A DNA stretch of 64,000 nt, from positions 31,746,001-31,810,000 of the forward strand of contig OZ249440.1 in assembly GCA_965235115.1 (NCBI GenBank), given 5' to 3'. The notes beneath the pieces were generated by a model. It had not been told where the DNA came from. It did not search any database and saw nothing but the letters and a program-made list of their open reading frames with translations. Made by a program: the position numbers and the translations under genes. The stretch is from Laetmonice hystrix. Taxonomy: Eukaryota. Positions 1 to 12,481 of the stretch are shown here, one piece after another; position 1 is the stretch's first letter; each line of letters opens with the position of its first letter.

Positions 1-402
1 TTTTCTCGGGATTTTGCTATTTTTAGCACTTCATGACCTTTGACCTCAGTACTGTGCCAACCTTAGAGAAGCCTTTTATATCTCCCAAACCCCTGACCGT
101 ATCTTTATGAAACTTGGTGGAGAAGAATCTCCAGGTCTTTGCCTACAACCGCTACACTAACTGTTTTTCTCTACAGTTAATAGTTTCCGACTTTATAGGC
201 CATCTTTCCGACACACAGCCACACAGGGTAAACAACCCTGGCCAGCGGTCCACCACCACTAGGTCAGGGGTCGTTGCCCGACAACAAGGTGCCTGACCTC
301 GCCAGGCCTGCATCTATTTATAGGAGGTCAGATCCATCCTCACATGGCACTCCCTACTGTGGCCCATAAGTACCAACATAATTACCGTAATTTACTTTAA
401 AG

Positions 403-580
403 CCTGGCCACAGTTTACAGTTATGACAAGACCTTAATTGGTCTCGGTGGCCGCAGTACAAAGTTATGCCACAACTGCACTGGAAATGTATGCTTTGTTC
501 TGGCCGGCCGCCCTGGCCACAGTTTACAGTTATGACAAGACCTTAATTGGTCTCGGTGGCCGCAGTACAAAGTTATGACA
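403..580. repeat. 109-bp-period tandem duplication
   Basis: CCTGGCCACAGTTTACAGTTATGACAAGACC at 403 and 512. Confidence 0.85.
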
Positions 581-2209
581 ACACTTTGGACAATGTGAGA
601 CAAAGGGTGGCAGCTGGTTTGTTCTCTAAAGACAATGCTCCTGCATGGGCTCTTTTCATTTCTGACATCGTTCAGCACCCACCCAAGTTGTCAAACGATT
701 CATAATGGTGGGTCCCGGGTTCTGCGTTAACCGTGAATGTCGCATACCTACTTACATACATACCTATACAACTCCATATTTTATCTTGTTCTTATGCCGG
801 CCAACGACACCACCTTCTTCCTTTCCTGGCACATTCTGACGCGTCAGGCAGCATCAAACAGTCGGTATAGCTTAGTCGAACACACACTACCATTATCACA
901 ACCCTTTCATTCACCCAAAACCGCTTTGGACTACCGCATATTACCCCGGCCCAAGGGTGTAGCTAGGGGGGTTTCCGGGTTGTCTGGAACCCCTCCCCTC
1001 CCCAAAAAAGATAATTATTAGATAATTAAGTAACTAAACAGATCTATATGAATGACTAATATTATGGTTGCCCCCCCCCCCCCCCGCATCTCAGTTGGAC
1101 CCCCCCCCCCCCCCCCCCCGCATCTCAGTTCTGCCTACACCTCTGGCCGCGCTACTAATATTATTATATCGTTTTTTTTTTGCATAGAAAATCTGCCATA
1201 GCTCGCAACACACTACTTTCAGACTAGTTAGGTCAAACAATATATAATGTGATTGATTTAAAAAAGGGGAGACGTCCTGTTCGGACTGAACAATTTCTAG
1301 TTTCTTATTGAAAACCCTGCAGCTGGAAAAAGGACTACCAGGCTATTTGAAGGCTTTGCAACATTGAGAGTGGAAGCACCGGGGGACACCGACCTCGACT
1401 GGGGGGTCACGTGCACCCAGCTCCCCCCCCATCCATGGCTACACCACTACGTGCTTCACCAGTCTTTCCTGCCACTTCAGGCACAATGCATACCTTCCTA
1501 CCTTCCCCCCGGGTTTAGGTAGAACTGAGATAAGGGGGGGGGGGGGGGGGGTTCCAACTCAAAAATGGTGGGGGGGGGGGGGGAAATCCCAACCATAATA
1601 TTAGTTAATCATTTAGATCTATTTATTTATTTATTTATCTATTAATTATCTCCTTTTTTAAGGCGGGGGGGGGGAGGGTTCCAGGCAACCCGGAAACCCC
1701 TCTGGCTACACCCTTGCCCCCCCCCCCCCCCCCCACCAAACCCCACCTCAGATTTTCTGGATCCGTGCAGGCCTGGGAGGGCTTTTTTGTTGTTAGGCCT
1801 ATATATTTTGAGGTTATACTTTAGCTTCATTTAACGTTAGTTCTGGATGCATTTTTTCGCGTTTGAACAATTTATGGCAGCAAATCGCAGACAAGCCATC
1901 GTGGTGCGGTTCACTTCAAGGGCGGATCCAGAATTTTGGAAAGGGGGGGGGGGGGCGGTTTACTGCATTGCGGTCGTCCGAGGGCAAAACACCAAGGCCT
2001 ATCTATCTCGGCTAGGTAGGCTGATTGTAAAACAGGGGTGTTTGAAAAGGGGAGGATCTCCCCCCCAACACACACACACACACATTTTAATTACAGGCCA
2101 TGGCCTAGACCTAGGGCTAGGCTCACCTAAGGCTAAGTTGTGTTTTAAAATGCACCAGATGGCAGATCAGGGCCCAGTTCGTAAAAATTTGAGAAGCTGC
2201 TTAAGCTTA

Positions 2210-2767
2210 TCGCTTCTGATCAGAAGTTAAGCTTAAGCAAGATCTTTAAGTTTCTACGAACTGGGCCCAGATGTCACCAAAATAACCTGAAATTTGAAAA
2301 TTTTCCCGGGAGATCATGCCCCCGGACCATAGCTGTGCTTCGCGCCTTCAGCGCTCTTGAATCTTGATTGACTCGCCATATGACGACGGGTGTCGCTTCT
2401 GATCAGAAGTTAAGCTTAAGCTTAAGCAAGATCTTTAAGTTTCTACGAACTGGGCCCAGATGTCACCAAAATAACCTGAAATTTGAAAATTTTTCCGGGA
2501 GATCATGCCCCCGGACCATAGCTGTGCTTCGCGCCTTCAGCGCTCTTGAATCTTGATTGACTCGCCATATGATGACGGGTGTCGCTTCTGATCAGAAGTT
2601 AAGCTTAAGCAAGATCTTTAAGTTTCTACGAACTGGGCCCAGATGTCACCAAAATAACCTGAAATTTGAAAATTTTTCCGGGAGATCATGCCCCCGGACC
2701 ATAGATGTGCTTCGCGCCTTCAGCGCTCTTGAATCTTGATTGACTCGTCATATGACGACGGGTGTCG
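2210..2767. repeat. 183/189/183-bp tandem triplication
   Basis: Units start at 2210, 2393 and 2582; near-identical. Confidence 0.93.
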
Positions 2768-3598
2768 TCGCCATACGGTGACGGCTGTTGCCATACAGTG
2801 ACGCCGTACGGCAACGTCTGTTGCCATCGCCGTCCACCAAGCAACGGCTATCGCCATACGGCTGTCACCATCGCCGTCCACGGCTGTCGCCATATACACC
2901 CCACGGAGCCGGTTATATCCGTAAAACCATGCCTGCGACTCTTCCCGTGTAACCAGCCCAGGTAAGCTGGTCACCACGGGAACCGAAAATGTTCACCACC
3001 CCCACCCAAAAAATGTTCAGTTTTTATACGAATATATGTAACTGTTATATATATATATGTAATATATATATATAGAGTTTCATAGTATAGGATAGCTTTT
3101 TGTTATTCCTGGCTCCCAAATAACTGTCATAGGTTGATAGGGGTCATATTGGACATCTAGAAGAAGTAGCCTTTGATAGGAACATTTTTGGAGGGGTCCA
3201 CATTTATTCATGTTTATTCCACATTTATTCATTTATTTCTTATTTTATTTATTAATGAACTGGATGCTGCAGTTTGTGAAGGTTGCTCCATGGAGAAAAA
3301 AACCGGAACGTTATGGCTGGGCAGACTATTGGCAGTAGGGCGGTCAGTCGTAGAATCTTCCTCCATGCTACCTAGACAAAGGCGGATCCAGAGGGGGGCA
3401 CAGGGGGCACGTCCCCCCCCCCCTCCCTTAGCTTCACTAATTATAGGCCTACACGGCTATTATAGCCTACTCATTTTTAATTAATTTTAACACTGACGGT
3501 GCGTCTCAGGGAAACCCCGAGCTATTATGTAGGCCTATACCTCTAAAACTCTCATTCAAGACCATGAGCTTTAATTAGTAATGCAAACAATCATGAAT

Positions 3599-4740
3599 AA
3601 GCCATTTCGGTATCTCAGCTGGCGCGGTGCATTGTGGGATTGGGATTGGGGTTTGGAACCCAAACAAACGCACGTGGTCACCGCTGGTATGCCTGAATAA
3701 GGTAAGATGGCGGAGGTGAATTTGAAGATCGACGGAGAAACTTGCAAGTTAGAGGATTTTGAGAGATCGAAGGTGGAAGAGTTGACGCCATATTGTTGAA
3801 GGAGAGGTCTAACTGATAGCCTGAGGCAGAAGAAAGAATTTTCTGCGCTAAGTTAATCCAGCAGCAGTAGAGAAAGTACCGATTGTCATGACGCGATAAG
3901 AGGAGAGGCTTTCCTTGAGCTGTCATCTGTCGACACTGCATGGTCATTGCATTAAAATGTTAGGCCTAGATCCGAACAGTGAGTTGAATCATGGATGGGT
4001 TGACGAAGATTTAGGATTATCAATTGTTTATCCCGTTTTTGTGTCCGCTAGGTTCCGTTTTTTCAGTTGGAAAGGGGAAGTTCACTCAAACCTCGCCCGC
4101 CTCAGACCGACACAGTGAGTGAAGCCACAGCACAGGCATAGGCGGGCTTTGGCGCACGGCTAGCCCGGGCGGGTGTGCCGGGAGGAGCTAGCCCATGTCT
4201 TTCTCCCCGCGCTTGCCCGCGATGCTCGATCGGCCCCACCCTCCCGCAGCCGATTTCAGCCATAAATTTCATACATTTTGGAGCAGTAGTTCACCAAGAC
4301 TTACTCGAAAACAGTATGAAATGACAAAAAGTCGAGACAGGACGAGCCTGGGGCACTGACAGGAGGCAGGGCGGGGGAGAGGGGGTCGTGTTGACGGACC
4401 TGAGCTCACTTGCTCCCCGCCGCGACCGGCTCGCAGGTCGGTGATACGGCACTGTCTGCCGGGAGACTCAGTCGGTGTATCCAAAGTCATATTTAATAAA
4501 CTTAGCAATAAATCATTATCAAAATTGTCATGCCTAAAGATTAATATGTTCTACCGCTATGAAAAATGTTTTTAGTGATTGGGCCCGATAAATTTTGATG
4601 AAATGCGCGAATGAGTAGGAAAAAGTAGGATTGACACTCGTTGAACATGCCTCCCTGGCCGTTTGTTTGGGTTCCGTCAGTCGTGACCTTGGTCAAGGTC
4701 GAATCGCCGAGCATGCGCACTCGTAACTCCGATATGGCTT
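3599..4740. mobile_element. non-autonomous TIR element
   Basis: Outer IR AAGCCATWTCGG with AT flanks; inner IR GGAACCCAAACAAACG at ~3655 and ~4676. Confidence 0.55.
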
Positions 4741-5323
4741 ATTGCTTTTCTGTGCCCCCCTTTTATTTAGTGAAATTCTGGATCAGCCAGTGCTAGAGTC
4801 ACTGTGAATGGCTTCTTCGGGGCAGACCCTTCAGTTTATCAGGACCTTGGCACCCTCAGCATTTTCAATTGCCGACAGAATGTCTTCGTCACTGGAAGAA
4901 TTTAGGCCTTCTTCATGGTTGGAAATGGTGGCCGAAGCTGTAAGCTTTCTATGATCTGGGTGTGGAGCAGTACATGTCAGTGTCAGACACGTCTGAGTCG
5001 TCCATGACTGCTGTTGTACTGGTGCAGATTAGAATGAACTCGCGTATGAAATGACACGGTTCAGTTGGTTCAGTCGAAACTGGGCCAACCCTGCGACTGA
5101 TCCTGAGCTCTAAAAATAATCCTGCCAACAGGTTCGAAGGTGAACAGCGACAGGCATGAACCGTACCATGGGTTGGGTTCATGGTTGAAGTCAATGAGGA
5201 CTCGGCCTGTGTCCTATATAACCCTGCATGCACTGCATGCACGGTTTCATAGGACAGCCACAAAAAGTGCCTTATTTTATCGAGAAAAAAAAATTGTTGA
5301 TGCTACAATGGTGTTCCTCAGGG

Positions 5324-5443
5324 GTGTATATAAGTTAGTCAACTTATACTCGGGAGTGGACGCATGAAATAACCGATTCTCGCTGCCGCTCGATTCGGTT
5401 ATTTCATGCGTCCACCCTCGTAACCGTTCACTAACCTATACAC
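5324..5443. repeat. ~120-bp hairpin/palindromic element
   Basis: GTGGACGCATGAAATAACCGA ... TCGGTTATTTCATGCGTCCAC. Confidence 0.75.
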
Positions 5444-6041
5444 GGCGACACCCATCGCCAATCTTGTGCAATGACCCCAATCAAGACGGTCGCCATGACT
5501 GCCCAATCACGTTTTTAGCTATAACTTTTGAACCATACAACATAGAGTCTGATTTAGGTGTCTAACATGTGGTTTTGGGTGTCGGGATATCCATTTATGG
5601 TGTTAAAATAGTAATTTAATGACTCCTATACATGCTAATGGGCCTTACAGGACTGTAGGGGTGAGGAAACCGTGGCACTCTAGCCCTAGACCTATTTAGT
5701 AGGCCCCCTGTATCGGCCTACTAGATAGGCCTAACTGAGAAATTTTGTTGTAGTATGGTTCAAAAGTTATACATTGTAGCTAAAACCGTAATTCTGACGC
5801 CTTCTTGATTTTTGAAAATTTGAATTGTTACACCCTACAGATTCTTAAACTACATGATCTAAAGTACTGAAAAATACAAAGAAACAATTGTAATTTTAAT
5901 ATTTCCGAGCCCATTTACAAACTTTCCGGCCTGAAATACTTTGAGAAATATCTTCTTTCTGTTAATGATGCCCTGAAATATACGGTTTCACAGAATGCTG
6001 CCCTGAAATATATGAGAAGATTTCACAGAATGTTGTCCTAC

Positions 6042-6172
6042 CGTGTGAAGTCTGTCATCTCCATCATGATCATGCACATCTGTTTGGAGAGTACGATAAT
6101 GTCGTTACCACTGTCATCCCATTTGGCAATTTCACGGTCCAGTTTAGCTTTCTCCACTCGGAACATCTCCAC
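6042..6172 (-). CDS. CTNNA: alpha-catenin actin-binding-domain exon (VEMFRVEKAKLDREIAKWDDSGNDIIVLSKQMCMIMMEMTDFTR)
   Basis: 131 nt, TAG/GTAGG, phase 0/2; KWDDSGNDII...MEMTDFTR signature. The next exon (GKGPLK) was not found in 1-6041. Confidence 0.98.
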
Positions 6173-6990
6173 CTAGTGGTAGACAAGGAAATCTAAGGTT
6201 GCCTTCTGAACAAGATAATTTCCTTTTTACTTATACATGTATTACTATCAATATATCAATAGCAAAAAACTTCCCAGTGGTGTACAACTTCATTGCAGTT
6301 ATGTACCAATTCTTTTGTTCCAGGAGGTGGTGCTTGTAATCCTTTTTAATATTGTAAAGGGCAGGATAGCCCTGTCGGCCGCGGTGAGGTGTGAGTTGAC
6401 AGGGCGAGTCGCCTGGGTGCCTTGACGATATACGTTAACTGGAATCTACAGACCACCCCCCCCCAATATAAGCCCCTACTGACTTTGTTATCCTCAGCAA
6501 TCTTGCATTAATCTAAAGAATGACGAAAATACCTCAATAAAGGTCAATGAATCCCCATTTCGTGGAAGATTCTCATATGAGATGTGAAAAGACTGTCACT
6601 TTCAGAGCTACATCTGGGTTTTCTTTATAAGATAACCCCCAAAATCCGGGGGCCTGGGCTCCTCTGTGGGAGAGTTTTGGGAGCCCGGCATCAGATGAAT
6701 TTGGAATCACTTTAAATAAAAAAAGATTTTCTTTCCTACCATATCCTTGGGTATCAGGGTAATGGAAATATGCTATTCTCTTTTTCTAAAACACCGTGTA
6801 TGGGTTCACATGATGTAATTTGATTAGATGAAGAAATCCCACATGTGCCTGTGGGAATGCTACAAAGACAACAAACGATAGAGGGTCTGACTCTGATTTA
6901 CATGTATGCCTACTGTGTTTGGTCATGTAGGTTTTAAACTGAAAATTGGTAAATGCCAGTGTATTTAGGCTGTAAGCCTGGCATGCCTAC

Positions 6991-7094
6991 CTGCTGCTGA
7001 ATCTTTGCCTTCTCCTCCTCTGGTAGAGCCCGCATCATGGCTCGGTCACTCTTCTCCTCATATGCAATATCATCCTGGTCCGTGATATAGCTTG
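6991..7094 (-). CDS. CTNNA: alpha-catenin exon (SSYITDQDDIAYEEKSDRAMMRALPEEEKAKIQQQ)
   Basis: 104 nt, CAG/GTAGG, phase 1/0; resembles SARAIMAQLPQEQKAKIAEQ. Confidence 0.94.
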
Positions 7095-7559
7095 CTGTTG
7101 GGAACACCAAAACTTAAAAGTCAGAAGTGCAATCAACCAAGCAGGGGTGCAGTTTTTAACTCACAGCCTAGAAGTTTGTAGCTAGTCTAGGGAACCTTTT
7201 GCAACTGTTCTCCCCCCCCCCCAATCCTTTCTAAATTGCTGGAGTTGTTGGGAGATGCACTTGAAATTGACACAACTCTGATCATTATTCACATACGTTA
7301 ATGAATTTTTCAGATAAAAATATTCAAAGAGCAGAAAATTTCTGTCACCTTAATTAATGGAATCCCAAGTGGTCAGTGAAAAATCGCTATTTCACCACTA
7401 AATCTACAGTATAATGGATTCTTTGCCAACGTTATGTAACAGACCGTCGGACACCCCCCCACCCCCCTGTAACACTTCGTAACAAAGGGAAAAATACCCC
7501 CCCACCCCCCTAGCGTTACGTAATTTATGGAACTTGGAAGGCCCCTAACTCCTCCCCCA

Positions 7560-10280
7560 TACATATTATGTTGATTGCTATTGTCTTTTAGATATTATGT
7601 ATCCAAAAATCACGTTTTTCAACGGCGGTACCGTTGTCATCCCGAGACAAAAATCCAAAATGGCTTGCCCACGTGGGGTGGTGCTCAAAACTGGGTCAGC
7701 CCCTGTGACGACTGTGACGTAACAAACGTCGCCGGCATAGGGTTAATATGCATCTTCTTTGAACTAAATTTGAAAGAAATCAGAATCGTTTTGTTTGAGT
7801 TATTGGTCAAACCGCGTTTACATCCAAGATGGCTGACAAGCGGCCCATTTGAATATCAACAAGCTTCAACTGTTTTGGTAATTGGATATACAAGCCATTT
7901 AAAAAGTGCGAGACCTTGAATGACCTTTACTTGAGGTATACGTGAGTGAGTAATGGTGGTTTTACACCGTGTCGCCATCCAGGGCCATTTTCACGGCAAA
8001 GAGGTAAAAGAAAATAGTGCCAAATGAAACTTCATATATGACTTACTATCCGTGTTCAATAGTAACTATAATATGTATACCTTACATAATACTGGAGATA
8101 TGAACAATTCGAAATATCCATGACCTTGTTTGTCCTTTATATGTCACCCAAGGTCTTCGAAAAGAGTGTCAAATGATAGTTCAAATATGACTTCCTATCC
8201 ATGTTCAAGAGTATCTATAGCGATATCTTCAACTGCTATATTGAAGCGGTGTGCGACCTTTTAACGACCTTTGACCTTCACTTGAGGTAAAAGAAAATAG
8301 TGCCAAATGAAAGTTAAAATACGAATTCCTATCCATGCTCAATCGTAGTGCTTATCTTACATAATTTTCAAAATATATGAACGATCGACGTAGGCATGAC
8401 CTTTGACCTTTATATATTACCGAAGGTCATGGAAAATAGCGTCATATGAAAGTTCATTCATGCCTCCCTATCCATGTTCAATAGTATCTAGAACAATATT
8501 TTAAGCTTTTAGGGAAATACAAGCCATTGAAAAAAATTGTGTGACCTTGAATGCCCTTTGACCTTCACTTGAGGTAAAAGAAAATAGTGCCAAATAAAAC
8601 TTCAGACACGATTTCCTATCCATATTCAATAGTAACTATGTGCTTATCTTATATATTTTGGAGCTATGAACCATAGGGTATGCATGGCCTTGTTTAACCT
8701 TTACAAACCACCCAAGGTCACGGAAAATGGCGTCAAATGAAACTTCATAATGACTTTCTATCTGTCAATAATAGGAACTATGGCGTTATCTGTCACCATT
8801 TTCAAGATAAGCCAAAACAGTGTCATTGTGGTGGGTCAAGAAACAAATATGGCCACCATGTGGCCATTTTGGATTTGAATTGAAATTACATTGCATTGTA
8901 TAATGGCCATGATTATGCGTCCTCCCTGGACCAGGTTTGAAAGAAATCGTGATTGTTTTGTCTGAGTTATTGCTCAAAATGTGTATACATCCAAGATGGC
9001 CGCCAAGCCGCCATTTTGAATGATATCAAAAATCTGTTTGATGTGCATCATACTTAGGGCCCGGTTTATTTGTTTTGTGCTCACCCTGAGCTGAGCTGAG
9101 CAAGATTGAGCTCGTGCTCACCTGAGCACGTTTTGGGATTTTTTTGTCTTACCTGAGCATGTGCTCACTGTGAGCCAGGTTGAGCATGAGCTGAGCTGAG
9201 CTGAGCACGGATCCGTTACTACGGAACTCTTTTGCATTGGAGAAAGAATCGTGCATATCCGGTTCACTTATGTTTGCCCCAGTGTGCATCGCGCGGCTAA
9301 TTTGCATAACATTTATCAATTGCGCGCAATGAATGCTGGGATTACGCTAACAAACGACCACAACGTAAACAGTGGAGTGTGGAATTCGAGATGGCCCTTT
9401 GTGCGGCATGTAAAGGAGCGAGAAGAAGATTTGTTTGGGGACGTCGGTGGTTGTGGGAGGGGGTCACAAATAAAACGTCGTTGGAGCCAAAATGATTGCC
9501 GTGGAAGAGTTTGTAAAAGAAAATATCTCTGTTGTCTGACCAGTTCGGCCATGGTATCCTATAGCCGGTACTTGTCAAGTTGTGCTCAGCCTTGCTCAAT
9601 CATGCTCAGGTTGCTATGGAAGCGTGTTGTGGCTTGAAACGATGGCAGAAAAAATTATGCTATGACATGACCTTGTTGATCATGTTCTAGTGAGGTTTAT
9701 TCTGAATAATTCAAAACAAAATTTATTTAATTTCAGCGTTTATTTATTTTTGCACTAGGCAGTCACAATTTAAAGTGGGGAAAATCTTTCAGACCTGTCG
9801 ATTTTGCCTTTGCCCAATCGTGCTCAGCATATCGTGAGACAAGTAGCCACCTTGCTCGGGTTCAAGATCATTTTGGTGAGCAAGCTCACCCCGTGCTCAG
9901 CTCAGGGGAAAACAAATAAACCGAATGTGACCTTAGCTCAGCCTTGCTCACCCCATCTCAGCCTTGCTCACCAAACAAATAAACCAGATCTTCCCTGAAC
10001 ATCGTGTGAAGTTTCAAAGAAATCAACCCATACACTTCTGAGAAATTGCTGTCTGTCGACAGACATATGGACGGTGCAATGTACGTACATACGGACGGCT
10101 GGCGGCCGGACGGAGGGCGAATTACAAACCTCTGTTGCTGGCAAAAAATCCATTTGATATGCATCATCATCAGACTGTACCTGAACACTGTGTAAAGTTT
10201 CACACATTTTGACAGTAGAATTCACTGATTACCGACGGACAGATTTGCATACTCACCCTGCTGGTTAGGGGCTAAAAAGC
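7560..10280. repeat. Helentron/HINE-like dispersed repeat with ~290-bp internal periodicity
   Basis: TGACCTT / ATGACTTCCTATC motifs shared with 15500-16680 and 53950-54632; boundaries approximate. Confidence 0.55.
9057..9985. mobile_element. TIR element with TGAGC subterminal repeats, inserted in a HINE-like repeat
   Basis: GGTTTATTTGTTT / AAACAAATAAACC ends; host repeat resumes as in the copy near 16510. Confidence 0.6.
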
Positions 10281-10649
10281 ATTACCATGCATTTTGCCCT
10301 TCATAATTCTGTTTCTTCTCTGCACCAAGTTTGAAGGAAATCTATATGGTTTTGCATTACTAATCCAAACTTGTTTACAATTTGTGCTAGGTGGCCATTT
10401 TGAATAATACGAAAAATCTATTTGGTTTGCATCAACCTCAGATTATCCTGGATAAGTTTCATACAAGCTGACACATACACAGGAAAATCTCACTTACAGT
10501 CAAACAGATAGGGAAACCACCACTTACACATAGCAAGTAATACACACACCTCAGTAAGACTTGATGGAGGAGCACAGAGCTTTAACTCTTTAATATTTAA
10601 AAAACATAGGTGCCGTTTTTTCCTTCTATTTACGGTTTGGTGTACTTAC

Positions 10650-10722
10650 ATTTACTGCGTGTTTCATATGGATCAGGTTCATACTCAAGCTCAGTGTCAG
10701 ATTCCTCAACTTCCCCAGGCAC
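10650..10722 (-). CDS. CTNNA: alpha-catenin acidic linker exon (VPGEVEESDTELEYEPDPYETRSK)
   Basis: 73 nt, CAG/GTAAG, phase 0/1 fits both neighbours; resembles TPEELDDSDFETEDFDVRSR. An alternative in-frame acceptor would start the exon at 10782. Confidence 0.85.
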
Positions 10723-11672
10723 CTGCGAATCAAGCAAATATTTGTCTTCAGGACTAACAAGGGTGAGAGTGACCCTAGGGTCCTGGAATATTGTGACATC
10801 TCATCCAAGCTATTTCTACTGTGTCTTTTGTTTTTTTTTTACTTATATGAATTTTTTACTAATCAGAAAAGTTTGATGCACAAGAAGCCACCAGTAGCCT
10901 ACAAAGACACAATTACAGTAAGACAAGACAGGATGTTTATTGACCACTTATTGACCATGATCCTCTTTCACACTGACTTTAAAAATACAATGCAATCATC
11001 AGTGCTTTTCTGAATGCATGCTCCCAGGGGAAATCTTCAACACAGGTCTGTTTAAAACATTTACAACATCTATGAACGCCTAAGCATATTCAAAAATGGT
11101 AGCAGTACAGTTGAAAAAATATATCATGACATAAACTGAGTCCTACAACTCAAATATCCGTAGGCCTAGACAGATGTTCTTGCCATATTAAAGGTCGTTA
11201 TCAGTCTAAAAAAGGCCATTGAACAAAAAGAAATTTGAAGACTTGGATGACCAACAGAACAAAATATGTGTGTGAAGCAGTCGGCTGGGTGAGACTGACA
11301 GAGTTTGAGTGGTGGGAGTGATATAATGTAAGGCAACACTGCTCTAGCAGACAGCATGCTAACCTTAATGGAGTGCATGAAGAGAAGAGTATAGGTACTT
11401 TAAATATCATGATTCTAGTTCAATTATGAATACACTTTTTATAGAATAAAACTCGGCGGTTTTCATATAAATTGAATCTTTTATTTAAATTTCAGAAGCT
11501 GGCAGAATATTTCAGTCAAATATAACGTGATTTTATGAATGTCCTATTAGGATAAGAAGCACAGAAAATTTTGAGGTTCTATCTTAAAAACCTTTCAGAC
11601 ATTTTAGATTTATAGTTGGTCATCATAAAGTATGGCCCCCAAATTTTGCAGGATTTCCCCCCTAACCCTTAC

Positions 11673-11756
11673 CTTGCAACTTAACAAATAATCACTAAGA
11701 ACCTGTCTGAGTCTGGAATTTTTGGGGGCCGGGTTCCTGAGGCAACGCAGTCGTTT
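11673..11756 (-). CDS. candidate 84-nt cassette exon (KRLRCLRNPAPKNSRLRQVLSDYLLSCK)
   Basis: gtctataaCAG|AAA...AAG|GTAAGG; 28 open codons, phase 0/0. Confidence 0.4.
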
Positions 11757-11850
11757 CTGTTATAGACAACTCACTGTCAAACAAATGGCCACACGATAGT
11801 GACAATAGGACTTGATCTACTACTGCATGCAATGAAAACTGCAACTTTAC

Positions 11851-11859
11851 CTTGGTTTC
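11851..11859 (-). CDS. candidate 9-nt micro-exon (ETK)
   Basis: T-rich tract ...cattAAG|GAAACCAAG|GTAAAG, with TGCATG about 20 nt downstream; phase 0/0. Confidence 0.35.
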
Positions 11860-12448
11860 CTTAATGAAGGTTCAGAAAAAACAAAACTTGCATATATTCC
11901 TGATTGAGTAAATTTGTGACACAAGAAAAGAACTGCATTTTGTAGACTCCTGTTTTGTTTTACAAGAGAGCAATTCAATAAGACACCGACAATTACAAAG
12001 AAACTTGAAAGATCTTGCTGGTGTGGTATTCACACTTGCAGGACAATGACAAACAACTTTGGATTCACAGCCGACAACTATACACCTCAACAAAAGTAAG
12101 TTCCCCCCAAAATAATTGGTCATATATTCCAAAGTATCCACCACAACAGCTACAATGTGTGAAAAGGACAGGGCCATACCTAAAGTTACGCATGAATGAA
12201 CCTCAATTACATGAAAAACGACACGTTTCAAAAATAACAAAATGGTTCCCCAAGGCCTCAACAGTGAATTTCACTGGCAGTGTGGGTCATACACTACAAC
12301 AGAGTATACTGAACGGTGGGCCCCACGAATGTCCTTTTCATTGTACATTGTACCTATGACCCTGGACGTCATATCATATCCTGCAATTGACACTGGACTG
12401 TCGTGGATACATTGGAAAATATGACCAATTATTCAGGGGGGAACTTAC

Positions 12449-12481
12449 TGTTGTTGAGGTGTTTCGGTTTGGAGTTTTCAT
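12449..12481 (-). CDS. candidate 33-nt cassette micro-exon (MKTPNRNTSTT)
   Basis: ctgcaatcaTAG|ATGAAA...ACAACA|GTAAGT; phase 0/0, no stop; splice motifs only, no homology support. Confidence 0.4.

Noticed and set aside
4860..5010. Possible next alpha-catenin exon
   Set aside because: Contains stops and lacks the expected GKGPLK..DVI sequence
10490..10560. Two GTAAGT donor-like sites downstream of the linker exon
   Set aside because: No convincing acceptor giving a frame-preserving phase-1 exon
11166..11378. 70-aa ORF after a pyrimidine tract as an alternative last exon
   Set aside because: Weak AAG acceptor, no protein-like features and no independent support
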